A DNA stretch of 64,000 nt from Lophium mytilinum (Eukaryota). Under the pieces are notes generated by a model, which worked only from the letters and a program-made list of their open reading frames with translations, had not been told where the DNA came from and made no database searches. The first letter of the stretch is position 1; the number at the start of each line of letters is the position of its first letter. The stretch is from positions 2,294,001-2,358,000 of the forward strand of contig MU004183.1 in assembly GCA_010093605.1 (NCBI GenBank), read 5' to 3'. Of the stretch, positions 49,813-63,809 are shown piece after piece. Position numbers and translations under genes: made by a program.

Positions 49813-50121
49813 GGTGGTCTGGAGGGGATAGTAGTCGAGCCTGGGTAAGAGGGTGCAGCTGGGTATCAGTGAAGGGACAGTATCATTCTGAAGTCAATAG
49901 AGAAGATTACCTCCTCTCCATTATCTAGAGCATCGGATGACTTATCAACGTGGTGCGGTCGAGTCTAGACGTCATGACACATTATGGATCTCGTCTGCGG
50001 TAGTGACTGCTGTAGACCAAAGAGACTACACACGAAACTCAACCACCCCACATATATCTCTGGTGTTTTGACCACGCAAAGGTTTAATACACTCCGCCTC
50101 CTCCCACGCCGCCAGGACACC

Positions 50122-52977
50122 ATGTACGAAGACTCGTCGTGGTACAATGCCTTCGTGCCGCGCTCCTCGCACCCCGCGCCGGACCGGTCAAAGCATCGCC
50201 GGCGCGAGTCGCTGCTCAAGCAGCCCAACGTAAGCCTCCACCACTTACTACTCTCCCAAGGGTATGTTCTTGCGCATATTGATGACATTTCCGTGTGCTT
50301 GTAGGAGGGCAGTCAGGCTGACGTCGCACGCGTAGAAGGCATCCAGGAGATCATCGAGGACGTGGAAAAGACGACCGGTCCGCCAAAGGCCACAGTTGCG
50401 CGGAGGGCCAAGAGCTACAGCGATTTCTACGATGCTGTGAGAGCACATATTAAAAAGGAGAAGGGACTGGAGAGGGAGAAGAGGAGGGAAAGAGAGGAGC
50501 TGAAGACCGAATTGGACTTTGGAGAGTGGTATGGCGGGGTGGGCGAGGAGTTGCTGGATGCTAGCCACGAGGAATACCAGTACGTGCCAGGCATAGAGGA
50601 CTGATGTTGCATTTGTTAGAAGACGAAGCTGACTGTGGATCTCTAGCTTGTACCGCGACCAGCTCTACCTGACACGAACCCACCTCGACTCTCTTGTCTC
50701 CGAGACTACTTCCACATTAGACATACTCTCCTCACTCTCCGAATCCTTCCAGGCTGTAGAAGCGCAGACCACGGCATTCAGGACACAATGCGAGGGCTTG
50801 ATAGAGGACCAGAAGCGCATCACTCAGCTTGCAGACGATATGGGCGAGAATCTCCGATATTACATGTACTTGGAACCAACAACCAAGAGGCTAAATGCTC
50901 CAGGTGCTGGAAACTTTGTGCGAGGAAAAGAGTTCACAGAAATGCTCTACAACCTGGACAACTGCTTGGACTATATGCAGGGCCACGTATGTGTACCTCC
51001 TATTATACTCTGGGCTCTTTGCTGATATATTGCAGCCTTCTCATCGCGAGTCCGCGACATACCGATCCCGCTACCGCCTCCTCCTGACCCGCGCCCTTAC
51101 TCTCATTCGCGTACATTTCACCAATGCCCTACGTGAGATCGCCGCAGACGTTGCTAAGCGTATTGCCGACCGCCAACTGAACGATACGACCATGTCTGCT
51201 CTACTCTACGCCAAGTTCCGAGTGGGTGCGCCGGAGCTCAAGCGAATTGGCCTAGAGATCCAAAAGCGTGCTGTCGTACCTACCAATTCAGAGCCCGGAG
51301 CAGAAGCGGAATATCAGAGTCTCATGAATGAGCTATACCAGAGCTACTCGACTACTCGAGGTCGTCTAGTTCTACCAATCGTGACAAAAAAGATAGGAGA
51401 CATTGCGCAAGCTCCGAGTTCTTCGAAGGACCTTGTTTCTTTTGCGCGGAGCAGCATCAGCTACATTCGTGGGATATGTTTCGATGAATACGACCTCTGG
51501 GCGGAGTGGTTCGACGGAGAAGATGGACTCTACGACTTTCTCGAAGCAATATGCGAGCCCCTATATGACCACCTACGGCCACGAACTATTCACGAGACCC
51601 AAATATTAAAACTCTGCGAACTTTGCTCGCTCATTCAAACGCGGTATATGGAAGAAGACGAAGATGATGAGGAGGAAGAACCAGACGACACGCGTCGCCT
51701 CGACTTCACAGCCCTAGTACATCCAGCGCTCGAGGATGCGCAAACTCGACTCGTGTTCCTAGCACTTGCCGTCCTGAAGAACGACATCGAGGATTTCAAA
51801 CCCAAGCCCGAAGACCTGGATTATCCCGCCAAGAACAAGACTGCAGCTGCATCCGGCGCAAAGAGCAAGCAACCAGCGCTCTCTGGCAAGAAGGCACCCG
51901 CCGCCGACGCAACCCCAATACCCAAGACGCCCATGGTAGTCGAAGAAGAAGACGGGGCAGATTCGCGCTGGAACTTCAACGCCGAAGCCGCCTTCAAAGA
52001 CTGGTACCCAACTTTACGGAAAGCAATCTGGTTGCTCAGTAAAATATACCATCTCGTTCACGTATGCTCATCCCCCCATCCCTACTCTCATCCATGTACT
52101 AACATAGCCCGAATAGTCCACCGTCTTCGACGACCTTGCCCACCGCATCGTCCACAGCACCACCACCTCCCTCCTTTCCGCCGCCTCCCAAATCTCCGCC
52201 CGTGCCTCCCCAACCGACGCCTCCCTCTTCCTCATCAAGCACCTCCTCCTCCTGAAACAGCAAATCGTCGCCTTCGACATCGAGTTCGTCACCCCGGAAA
52301 CCGACCTCTCCTTCGACTTCGCCTCCATCAGCAACACCTTCTGGGAACTCCGCGCGCGCGGTGGCCTCTTCAACCCCCGAAACCTCGTGCGGATGGTGGG
52401 AGGTGGGCTGATGCCGCGCGTCGTCGAGAACATGCTCGACGCAAAGGCGGAGCTGGATGCACGGTTGAGGGGCGCGATTGCAGACTTCACTGGCGCGTTC
52501 GCTGGGAGGATGACGGCGGCCATCAGCCAAGAGAGCAAAGGTAAGAGTAACGGCAAAGGGGCCGGCGCGGATCCCGGGGAGCAAGTCGCGCAAGTCCGCG
52601 AGGCAGTGGACAAGGAGGTGCCGTTTCTGCGGCAAAAGCTGGATGCGTATATTGAGGATAGCCGAACCCGCGAGACGCTGGTGGCGGCGGTGTTGGAGAG
52701 GGTGGTGGAGGTGTATGAGGGGTGGGCGGCTGTTGTGGCTGGTGATGCGGGTGGTGGGACGAATGGGTCGGGGGTGAGGGGGGCAGGGAAGGCGAAGGGG
52801 AAAGGGAGGGAGTCGGATGTCTGGGACCCGGATGCGTTTGCTGAGTGGGGCGCCAGCGTGTTCAAGGTTGGGAGATTGGGGCTGGGGATTATGGAGGAGG
52901 GGGAGGATATGGTGGAGAGTCCGGAGAGTCGGAGTGAGGGGACTGGGACAGGGTATGGGAGGAGTGGGAGTACCTGA
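50122..52977 (+). CDS. COG3: conserved oligomeric Golgi complex subunit 3 (Sec34) (spliced)
   Basis: RRAKSYSDF, RLNAPGAG, YRLLLTRALTLI, LLYAKF, LEDAQTRLVF, WYPTLRKAIWLLSKIY, VFDDLAHRIVH, LFLIKHLLLLKQQIVAFDIE. Confidence 0.9.
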
Positions 52978-53208
52978 TCAGAAGAGGGTTCAGTCAAAAC
53001 TACAAAATGGGCTTGAGGACATAGGTAGCCCGGCAGGTTCACCAAGCGTTCAATGGATTGCGATAACCTCCGTCTTGATATCCAGAATCTATCGCAGGAC
53101 TTGAGCCATCGGCAGGCAGACTGGCCACAGCACGGTAAGTCTCAAGCATAAACCTACCAGTACAGCAATAGCCTTGACATATCCAACCCGCTCTTTGAGA
53201 CCTACGCT

Positions 53209-55882
53209 CTAGACATAATGCGCAAAAGCGCCCTTCCCATCCCCTTCCTTCTCATCAAAATCATCAACTCTCAACCCTTCCCTCGCAGCCCGCTTCGACT
53301 CGTCCCCATGCAGCGTATTGAGATACTTCTTGAAAGCCGCCGACATACGCACGATAGAGCGAATATGCTCATCCTTAACGATAATCCGGCCCTGCTCGTC
53401 CTTGTCGCTCTCGACTTCAGCGAGGGCGACGGCCGTTTGGAAAGCTGGTGTTAGATATGTTAGCGATATCCCACACTTTGTACTTGCTAAACGGCATAAG
53501 GGGGCGTAGGCGAGTACTCACCATTCCTAATCTCCCTCCCATTCCACTTAACCCCTCTAACCTCCCCACTATCCCTCACATACCCCCTCGCGCTCTCCCC
53601 AACCACCAACTCCGCCCCCCTCTCCCTCTCCAACTTCCTAAAAAACGCATCCCACACCTCCCCCCTCTCCCCATCCCCAAAATCCGGATAATGCACACTC
53701 ACATGAATCCGACTCATAAACGCCTCATCAAACGTGCCAATGCGATTCGTCGTCAAGAACAGAATCCCCTGATAATACTCCATCGCGCGCAGGAACCCCG
53801 CGACGAGGTTATTCCGCTCGAGGTCCTGCGACACGCGCTGCTCCATGTAGATATCCGCCTCGTCGATCAGCAGGATGGCGCCCCAGTGCTTCGCGAGCTT
53901 GAACCAGTAGGTGAGTTTGCTCTCGATGGTCATGGGGTTGGTGCCGATGTCGGTGCAGGTGAGGGAGAGGAGGGGCCGTTTGGTGTACTCGGCGATGCAT
54001 TCGGCCGTGTAGGTTTTGCCGACGCCGGGTTTGCCGTGGAGGAGGAAGATGAGGCCTTCGCCTTTGCCTTGGACGAAGTCGGCGGCCCATTGGTCTTGCA
54101 TTTGGAGGGTTGAGGGGGTGCTGGCGGGGTCTGGGGTGGGTTTGGGGTCGCTGCGGGTGTATTTTGAGGAGAGGGATTTGATCAGGTTGCGGGTTGTTGG
54201 GGCGAGGACGAGCTCGTCGACGAGGCAGACGTTGTATTTGGGTTCGGAGAAGCAGGAGGCGTCGAGGCGATCTGGGGAGCTGTTAGTTGGGGCATTGTGA
54301 AAATCGCAAGGGGGATTTGAGGCTCGAGGAAGCTTGGAATTATACTGGAAACAGGGAATGTTTACTTACGCCAGTTCCTGACTTTCAAGATGAATCCATG
54401 CACACTCCTATCACACAGAAATAGCTGATGAGGTGTCGACTCGGCACCTGTCATTGGGTTTATCCTGGCATAGTCCGCGAACCGGTTCTTGCGATTCCTA
54501 CTGTTCAGCTTAACGCATCGCTTGCAAAAGCAATTTGGAATTCCACCAATTGAACGTTCCCCGACGTCGTCAGACAGCAGAGGCGGTGGCGAAGGTGGCG
54601 GCATCTTAGGACTGGAAGAAGGCTTGTCTGCTTGTAAACTCGTCCAAAAGGACTCTGTGTCAACGTAGACTAGTCCAGTAAAGCGATGCCTTGGGAACGT
54701 AGTCGTGAGCCCATCATACCACATACACTGCTTGCTCGTCAAGCGGTAGAACATCTTCCCTCTTTCTTCCAGCCGCTTCCGCATCTCTTCTGCAGTCTCT
54801 TTGTGCTTCTCCTTGTTCACGTATTCGCATGGGAAAAGGTCTAGGCTTGCGATCTCTTTCTCTCCATCGAATGGTAAGATGACCGCAAGGTGATTTCGCG
54901 GGCCGATGTATATAGAGTCGTAGTAGAGATTCCACAGACAGAGCGTATACCGAATCGGACTTCCGTTGTTAATCTCCCAATTGACAGACTTGACGACGTA
55001 GCTGTCGAGGATGCCACAGCTTTGCGTGTCATAGTAGACGTCGACTCCGGGTTTGAAAAGTGTCCAAAGCATCTCGTAGGTTGTGACCGGAACATCGCGA
55101 GCATGCCTCTCCGTTTCTTTCTCTAGGGAATCCTTCAACGTCTCCTGCAGGAAGTCAAGCACAATGCCAAGATGCTCGTAAGAATCGGCTTCGCCCTCAC
55201 ATTTCTCGTCGTCGTCCATGTTAGCTCCTGGTGCGAAGTTCTCACGGTAAGCTACAAGCTCCTTCTCATGGTGCACGAGGATTGTGTACGGCTCCGAGAT
55301 CGTGATTGTGTCGCCAATGAGATTCTGACCAGGATAGTATTCCACGACCGCCCTCAACGCGTTTATAACAGCCGCAGAGTTGATTTGAACGTACTTGTGG
55401 CCCATGGAGTGGATTGGCGGCGCCTTTGCAGCTTCGCGGCGGTAGGCATAAGGAGACCGCTCATGTGCGGTGAATGCGATGGTGATGACCTCGAGCACAG
55501 GCTGCTCCGGAGGGGTCTTACTCGCCGCAAAGCGGTCCGATTCCTCCTCGAAGACAAGATTATTGGTGTTTACATGGCGATACTCAATCTTGTGGACGAC
55601 CTTCTGGACTGGCTGCGGGGACTGTGGCCTCGAGTCGACTGAGGAGGAGTAGGTAGAATATCTCCGAGACATTCTGGCTGGCTTGTTTGTTTTCTCCTTG
55701 GGCTCGGGTTCCTTCGCATCATTGGTGTCGTCTGGCGCAGGTGCACCTTCCTCGCATTTGGCCGCTTCAACGGGGTCAAGAACGGTGGGCGGAGCTGGAG
55801 CTGAAGGCGAGGCAGCTGGGACGTCGCCATTACAAACGGGAGATGCTGGCACCGCTGGAGGTGGTTCCGTGTCGTCCACCAT
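53209..55882 (-). CDS. fungal AAA+ ATPase with long N-terminal domain (spliced)
   Basis: DFVQGKGEGLIFLLHGKPGVGKT (Walker A), ILLIDEAD (Walker B), FLTTNRIGTFDEAFMSRIH, NGREIRN|AFQTA. Confidence 0.9.
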
Positions 55883-56519
55883 AGTTCAAAGAGAATGAAT
55901 TCAACACCCAATTTGAAAGTAGATAAAATCCAAACCCGAGTCCGCGCTGATTTGCGGGTGGTTGCAGTTCAGTAAATTCAGCGCTATTTCACCTTCACAC
56001 TCGTCCGATATCTTAGTGCATCCAAAACTTCCGAATCCTAAAGGAAAGGCCACCCTTTATATTGTCCTATTTTAGGCGTGCGCTGGCGGAAAGCTGAGAA
56101 GCCAGGCAGCCGTTATAGCAGAAACTTCGTTGGACGTCCAACGGTACCTTGGAAGTGGGAAGAAGGAACGTCGAGCTAACGGCAATCAGTCTAAGTGTGC
56201 TGCTGCTAGCCTGTGGTTTTCTGAGGCTGAGACGCGCAGCTGAACCTGCCGTTCCTTGCTGGACTTGCATAATGCACCGCGAGCAGGCCGCCTAACCAAT
56301 CGTCAGCCGCCTGGCGCCTGCAGCTGTAGCGAACTTGCTGGCCGCCTGTAATTGGGTATATCTGAAGAGAACGTCGTATCCTTAGGATCGACGGGGCTAA
56401 GGAAGAGATAGAAGGGAAAATCGTGATTTTGGGCCGGGGGCTGAGTCGTGGTGGAGCGGCAGGCACTACTTGTCTAATTCTAAATAGGAGTAAACTGAAC
56501 TCACCCGTACGAAGCTTGC

Positions 56520-57002
56520 ATTTGTCGAATTCAAAATAGCACAGAACGCTTGGCAGAAATTTTCGAGCTCCGCATCACATTTTCATAGAGCCCCGACACA
56601 CATTAAAAGCTACAGTCTTAAAACGTCTATAGTAGACTCTTATTCTATAGTTTATCTAGGCTCTTTTATTCCAGCCTCTAATATACATAAGGAGAGGAGT
56701 TATTCTAGTGCAAAGTCAGTCTTAAAAACTGCCAAAATGCGCTAGACTACCGCGGTCTAGCGCTTTTGCAACTCTGGTGCGTCCATATCTCTCCTGCAGG
56801 CTTATACCCTAAATAAAATAACTAATACTAAATATTATAATCTAAAACCTCTATAAAAGGCTTCTTATACCTAGATAAACTATATACAGGTACAATATAC
56901 GGCGCTAAAGAATGTGTTGTGGAGCGAGTTTACAGAATATTGTGGTGCGGAAAGCTCGAAAAAATCCGCCAAGCGTTCTGTGCTATTTTGAATTCGACAA
57001 AT
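56520..57002. mobile_element. MITE/fold-back-like non-autonomous element
   Basis: Perfect 35-bp terminal inverted repeat atttgtcgaattcaaaatagcacagaacgcttggc (56520-56554 / 56968-57002), further imperfect arms, AT/TA-rich non-coding interior. Confidence 0.8.
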
Positions 57003-57588
57003 TACAAGGGACTTGGGCAAGCTGTGTCGCTAGACGAAACGGGAATAGGAAAACTATATATGCTTAGCATTCGAAAATCTATTCAGCAATGTGCAGTGTA
57101 AGGAGACGCTTCACATAGCTGTAGACGAGTATACACCCGTTTATGGTTACGTAGGCATTGAGCAAAGAACGTACAAGTGGAGCTCCTCTCAGGCGATGCG
57201 GAGGCTAAATAAACCCAGATACCTACACAAGTCAGTTAAAATCTTATCAGTGATCAAGTACAACATCACGTCCCACGAACGGTCAAGTGTTTGATAATTC
57301 ATACTCTTTTTGCAAGAGAAGATTCATTCTTGTTCGAATGACTACAGGCCCCTGTGGTCCAAGAGTACCAAACTACAAAGCTGCAATGAAGCAGGAAGGG
57401 ATGCCACACGTCCTCCCAGTAACGTGACGCAGAAAAGCACGCCGATATCCCGGACGTGCCAATGAAGCAACAAGAAAACACCATCCATGAGTGCAGAGTG
57501 GAAGGAAACGCAGAGTCGCCATGCAAAGAGGCGTTATACCGGCATCTGCCCGCTAGGACTGGTATAACATGCATGTCGTTGAAAATGC

Positions 57589-60500
57589 TCAATAGTACTG
57601 AGGAAATCCAGCGCCGAGTGATTGGAGCGGCCTCGTGCCGAAAGCAGACCCAACGGGCATGCTGTGACCGGGGACTGGGCTGCCTATCTCACCCAAGGAT
57701 GGGGTCGTCATCCCAGTATCCTCGAACTTGATTAAGCGTTCCATGTTGTCCACCGGACTGCCCTTCATTTCGAGCGTGCCTCCACCATTAGACGCGTCGC
57801 CAAATATGTCGCAGACCTCGACAATGTCGCCCATTGTAGGCTGGGGCTCGCTGGGTGATCGCAAAGCCTCAAGTTGCTGATATACGTCGTGAATGGCGTA
57901 ATATCCATCCGCTGAGGTTTGTCGGCTGGCTAGGCCTTTACAGGCGTTGCACACCATACGACGGATTGCATTGATTCGCGCTTTGGTAGAGAACCCTTGG
58001 TTTCCCATCATAGAAAAGCCGCCGTTGAACATGCCAGACGTGGGCGAATTGCCCCATCCAGGTGCTCCAGGCATTGAAAATCCCATTCCACCCATTGAAG
58101 GTGTACTCCAAGCACTACCAGCTCCGTTAGACGTACCAAATGGCGCAAAGGGCTCCTGTCGGGCCTGGCCTTGTCCCTGTGGAAAGTTGAAGGGCATGCT
58201 TGGAGTTCTTGACATGCCTCCAGCTTGCATGCTCGAGCGACGGCCGTTGACATCCAAGGAGGAAATATTCGGAACAAGGTCATCTGCATCGTCAAGCAGC
58301 GCCTTGCTCCCTAGATGGTTGGCGAGCTCGTCAATGTCGGGTCCGTGCATTCGCTTGTTCTCAGGTGTGCCCTCGTGAGGTTTGACGCTTGAAGGTCGTT
58401 GAATGGGCGTAGGTCGCGCTATCGGTTGGGCTTGAGGAGCCACAATGGGAGAATCAACGTTGGGTTTCTCGAAGGATGCCGATTGTTGTCTAGAATGCGC
58501 TGGTATTCCAATACCAAAGCCAGACATTTGGCCACTAGCACCTATGCCAGACATACTCGGAGGAAAGCCTGGCGGTCCATCCATTGGGAATCCACGGCCC
58601 ATTGGCATACCAGGAGGCCCATGCATACCAGGAGGAAACTGTTGTCGAAACTGGTTGCCTCCTGGTGGATAGATCCCTGGCATGTTGTGGCCGATGGGCG
58701 GACGAGGTCCCATCATATTTGGATTTAGAGGCGGCTGACCGTGTTGGAAGCCATTCAACCCGGGCGGCATGCCACCTATTCCAAAGCCCGGTGGCTGCAT
58801 CCCTGGCGGTGGTCCTATTGGAGGCATCGGCGAAGACGGCTGTGGGTGGTGGAGAGGAGCTTGGGCCTGTGTTATTGGTTTCGTGAGGATTGATTTTGGC
58901 TGTAGCAAGTGCTGAGAGAGGGGGCCGGCGTTGTTTGGTGACATCGATTTGCTTGTCCCCGGGGCGACCTGTGGTGTCTTGGGAGAAGAGCCGTGAGAAC
59001 CCTGCTGAGAGCTCTGTCGTGGTCGCACTGGAGTTGGTGCCTTTGGGATGGCCGGAGTTGCGACTTGAACATGAGGTGATGGAAATCCCGCGGATGATTG
59101 TTTTGAAAGTAGTCCTGGAGGAAGCGCAACAGCCACTGGCTGATTTGGCCTCTTCGCTATAGTCGGCTGGAGGGTTGCCATCTGATCATCTTTCCGGGAC
59201 CGCTCCTTTTCAGCCCGGCCCTTGAGATCGCGCTCCCGCTTATCCTTATCATCCTGGGTCTTCTTCTCACGAGCGTCCTTCTCACGGGCCTCTCGCTCTT
59301 CGCGCTCCTTCTTTTTCGCTTCATCACGAGCTTTCTTCTCCTGAGCCTTCTGCTCACGAGCCTTCCGCTCGGTCTCTTGCTGGCGATCACGTTCTTCCCG
59401 GAGCCTCTGCAGCCGCTCGGCCTCTTTGCGCTGCTTCTCTTCCTCCTGGGCTTTACGCTCGGCCTCCTTTTTCTTTCGCTGCTCTTCTTTCTTCCGCCGC
59501 TGCTCCTCTTGCTTCTTCTCTTCTGCAGCCTTGGCCGCCGCCTCCGCGTCTGCCTTCTCTGCATCCTTCCGGGCCTTTTCTTCTGCCTTGATCTGCTTCT
59601 GCTTCTCCTTTTTCTCCTTTCGCTTTTGGGCCTCCTTGGACTTCTTCAGATCTCGTTGGGCCTCCCGAGCAGCATCCTCCTCCAGCTCTTCTAGAAGTTT
59701 GGCTTGGCGCTCGGCGGCGACCTTTTCTCGATATGCAGTCAGCACGCGCTGTTCGAACATCCGAGCGGCAAATATCTGGAACATGCGCCGGCCCTCCTCC
59801 ATTCGCTGTTCTTCGGTCATGGTATCCTGCTGCAATACTTAGCTGAGAGAATCCATAACAGGCATGGCATACGAACCACCTCATCCTCTTCTTCGTCGTC
59901 ATATTCCTCGTCGTCATACTCCTCATCGTCCTCCTCCTCGTAGTCATCTTCCTCTGGGGGTGGGGGGTGGTTGTGAGGATGAGTCTTGGCATATGAATGT
60001 GGCCCGGGATGTCCGCCGGCGGCGGCGTACTGGGCCTCTTCCTCTCGCTGCATTCGTCGTTCAGCCAGCTGTTCCATCATTTCGATAAACTTCTTGCCGT
60101 CGTTCTTGAGCAGATCGTCCGCAACCGTGAGAATACCTCCTAGAATGATGATTAGCGGAAATTCTCCCGTACAAGCCCCTGGATTTGAGGGGCAACCTTT
60201 GACTGTCAGACTGTTTCCAAAATTGAAAAACTCTGATGCGGCTCCCCCACTACGAGGTATGTCCTCCTCGTCGTCGCTTAGGTAGTCGTCGTCGTCTTCC
60301 TCGTCGCTATACTCGTCGTCGTCGAGTTCGTCGTCGTCCTCTTCTTCCGAGTCGTCTAGCTCGCGTATCCGAGGCGGTTCGCGTCCGCCCGTCATGTGAG
60401 GTATGCGCTCGGGCGGCTCTCGCGTGCCGATGGGATATCTGTTATATCGGTTTAGAGGAGGTAATATAGGCCCGCCGTCTTGCTGGTGGTTTGCGTACTG

Positions 60501-61253
60501 CTCTAGCTCCTCATAGTAGGCATCATAAAGAACCTCTAGCTCCTCCTCTATAGCCGTACGCTTCCGTCCGCACACAGTGCAGCTACAGGAGTGCTTCTGC
60601 TGCTCCTTCATCTTTCGCAACACCGCTTCCTTTTCGATTTTAACCAGAGACTTCCGGTCGTCCTCGCCGAGAGAGAGCCAGAACTCCTTGATCCGTTCCC
60701 GCTCCTCGGAGGTCGAAGTATTCCAGATTCGATCTTTCGAGTGTGCGCCTCGTTGGACGGTTCGGGGGGTGAAGGTGTCTGTGGACAGCTGCGGGGGCGG
60801 AGGCGGAGGCGGAGGGGGCGCGGAGCCATCGCGGACGCTGTAGGGCGGTTGTTGAGTCGCAGGCCTGGCTTTCTTCTTCTTTTTCGACTTCTTCTCAGCG
60901 CCGTGCAGATCGTAGTCGGCCGGGTATTGGCCGTTCTGGGTGGCGCCACGGTACATCTGCTCCTCGTCTTCGCTGTAGTACTCGTCGCCGTCATATTGGC
61001 CGTGGTCGTCAAACTCCGGGCCGCTGTAGTCTGGTACGGGAGCGGCCGAGTGGGTGTGGTTGTGGGGCATGTGGCCATTCCGCGAGTTTGTGTCCAAGGG
61101 CGGCGGTTGTTCTGCGGCCTGGCGGGCGGCCTGCTTCTCGCGGCGCTTCTGCTTCTTGCGATTGACAGTTGCCGGGGCTGGGGGATGTGTTCCTGTGACG
61201 CCATTGGTAGGTGCGGCCGCTGCGGCTGTTTGGCCCTTGGTGCCTTGAGCCAT
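57589..61253 (-). CDS. NST1: stress response protein NST1 (spliced)
   Basis: [82 protein letters not shown], long coiled coil, Pro/Gly-rich tail. Confidence 0.92.
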
Positions 61254-62347
61254 GGGAGCGTGGGTTTGGTCGTCGTCTGCGAGAACCGCGGGTTGTTAGC
61301 AACAATGATCCAGTAGTTTGTGCTTGCGCGGAGTCGGCAGGGGGCGGCGGGCGAGGTTTTCTATGTGAGGTGGTCTGCCGCAGGTTTGGTCTGGTCGCCC
61401 CTCCTCCAGACGGGTCACGTACTTTCTGGGACGAGGGATTGGCAGACTCCACGGCCTGACGACCGGGCCGGGGCGTGAGAGGCTGCTCGGGGGGACGGTG
61501 AGCGGGTGCGAGGGGGTGGTAGGCGGAGGCTTGAGCCGGTTCGTGATGTTGAGCAGTCAGTGAGAGTAGCAACCTTACGTAGTGGTATTATTGCTAGTAA
61601 TCTACGGCCGGCAGCAAATATTACGGCTTCGGGATCACGTGCAGAAGAGGCGCGGCGGCGGAGGCTTGGAAAGAGGCTGAGGCCCGGGGCTAAAACACGC
61701 GGCAAGTTGCACTGGCAGCTCGCAGGTGTGAGCGACAGGCGAGTCCCAAGCCAGAGTGCCCAGGTGTTAGAGGCTAGAAAGTCATCGCTCCCCCCGTCTG
61801 CTTGCTCACGCTCAGTCACCTCGACTGCTCTCCTATACCAATCCTCTTCGCCGCCCTTCGCTGCCATTCTTCCAAGCTGCGGCTCTGCTGTCTTCAAAAC
61901 ACCCGCCTCCCCCAGACCTTCCCAGATCGAACCCTCACCCGCTCCGCTGCGCCCCCACCCGTTTCGAATACGCCCAACGCATTGCCGCCCGCCGTGTTAC
62001 TCCCTCCCTCCGACAAACACCTCGAGACCGCCGCCTACAGCCTGAGCGACCGGCCCCGTCACAGCCTTAACTCGCCCTATCCCACTGCCTACTGCTGCGC
62101 ACCGACCGCCTCCAAACACCGCATCCCAACACCGACCTAGGTGGCTGCTGTCAGCCGCCGGATCGCCTGTCGCGCGGGTGACTACGACTGCTCTTCAGGG
62201 GCATCGTTTGGATCGGAAAGCGCATACTCGGCCGCAGGACCAGCACGGCATTGCTCTGCTGTGTAGCTGCGAGTTTGATACTCCCAGGACATCTGTCGCG
62301 CATCCGCAAAACCCTCACCGGAGCCACAGCCCGACACATTATCTACA

Positions 62348-63513
62348 ATGGCACAGAACGCGGAGAGCGTGATGCGGAGGTACGATAATTCTTTCCCTTT
62401 ACTGTTCACCATGGTGCTTTGACCATGACATGACCTGCTCGGGGCATGATACGACAGTTCCTATTTGGTCAATCCCTACACGCACTTCGTATTCGCACTC
62501 AACCCTCAACTCTTATCCCCTATCCCTTCAATTGCGCGCAATTCGAACCGGGGAACTTTTTTCTCTCCAGCAGTCCTCCCCCAGGCGAAAGAGTACGCGA
62601 GCTGCGATAGTCTGCATTGGCGTTCCCGATCCGCTTCTCCACGACTAAAAATAACTTTGGGTTGCATGGCACCCATGTCCCATTTTATCGTCTCGGAACC
62701 GCCGTTCGCCCTCTCTGGCTATCCCTGTGCCACTGAACTCCAAACTTTCTCGTTATCGTTCCCGTCGCTTGCCTCTTCTGCCCACATGTTCACTTAGCGC
62801 CTGAAGTAGCAACAGCTGACCACCCCTTACAGGAAGCTAGTAATTATCGGAGACGGTGCTTGCGGCAAAACCAGTCTTCTAAGCGTGTTTACATTAGGAT
62901 ACTTCCCCACTGTAAGTCTCCGCCAGCTAGACAATGGACGTCGCATTTTGAATCCCGCTAACTAGTTCTCTAGCGTTACGTGAGTACACCATTGTCCCAA
63001 GAGACGAATTGGGCACTAACCCTCTGACAGGTTCCCACCGTCTTTGAAAATTACGTCACGGATTGCCGCGTAGATGGCAAATCGGTTCAGCTGGCTCTGT
63101 GGGATACGGCAGGTCAAGAAGACTACGAACGACTCCGCCCGCTCGCCTACTCCAAAGCCCACGTGATCCTCATCGGCTTCTCCGTCGACTCACCCGACTC
63201 CCTAGAGAACGTAAAGCACAAGTGGGCAGAAGAGGCCCGCGAGCGCTGCCCCAACGTACCTATCATCCTCGTCGGCCTCAAGAAGGATCTCCGGGATGAC
63301 CCCCTTGCTATCGAGGAGATGCGCAAGAAGTCCCTCAAATTCACATCAACGAAAGTGGGCAACGACATGAAGGAAGAGATTGGCGCGCGAAAATACCTCG
63401 AGTGCTCTTCCCTAACAGGCGATGGCGTCGACGACGTCTTCGAAGCCGCTACCCGCGCCGCGCTGCTATCCGTGGACAAGAGCGAGGGCGGCGGCTGCTG
63501 CATAGTTCTCTGA
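62348..63513 (+). CDS. RHO2: Rho-family GTPase Rho2 (four exons)
   Basis: [58 protein letters not shown]-terminal CCIVL prenylation motif. Confidence 0.93.
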
Positions 63514-63790
63514 GTGCCTTTACTCGCCACCCACATACCTATCTACTTACTCACAGCCATCCCGGATTGAACTGCATTGGGCGGAGTCTCGGGTTCTCCA
63601 CGAACCCCTACGGCGTTTTATCTGAGCGGTTTTTTGCTAACTTGTTCGTTTCAAACCTTGCGTTTTCCGGTTCTTGATTTACACAGTACAATCAGAAGCC
63701 TACGCACGATGGGTTTCTCATAATCTTTTTATGATGGTATGTGCGACGACCGCCTATCATCTCACGCTCTTTTGATCAGGATCTGGGGAC

Positions 63791-63809
63791 TGGATGGATG
63801 GATGGATGG
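63791..63809. repeat. (TGGA)n microsatellite downstream of RHO2
   Basis: tggatggatggatggatgg. Confidence 0.7.

Noticed and set aside
60140..60196. 19-aa insertion in the conserved NST1 domain
   Set aside because: It is a stop-free 57-nt GT-AG intron read through by the ORF track.
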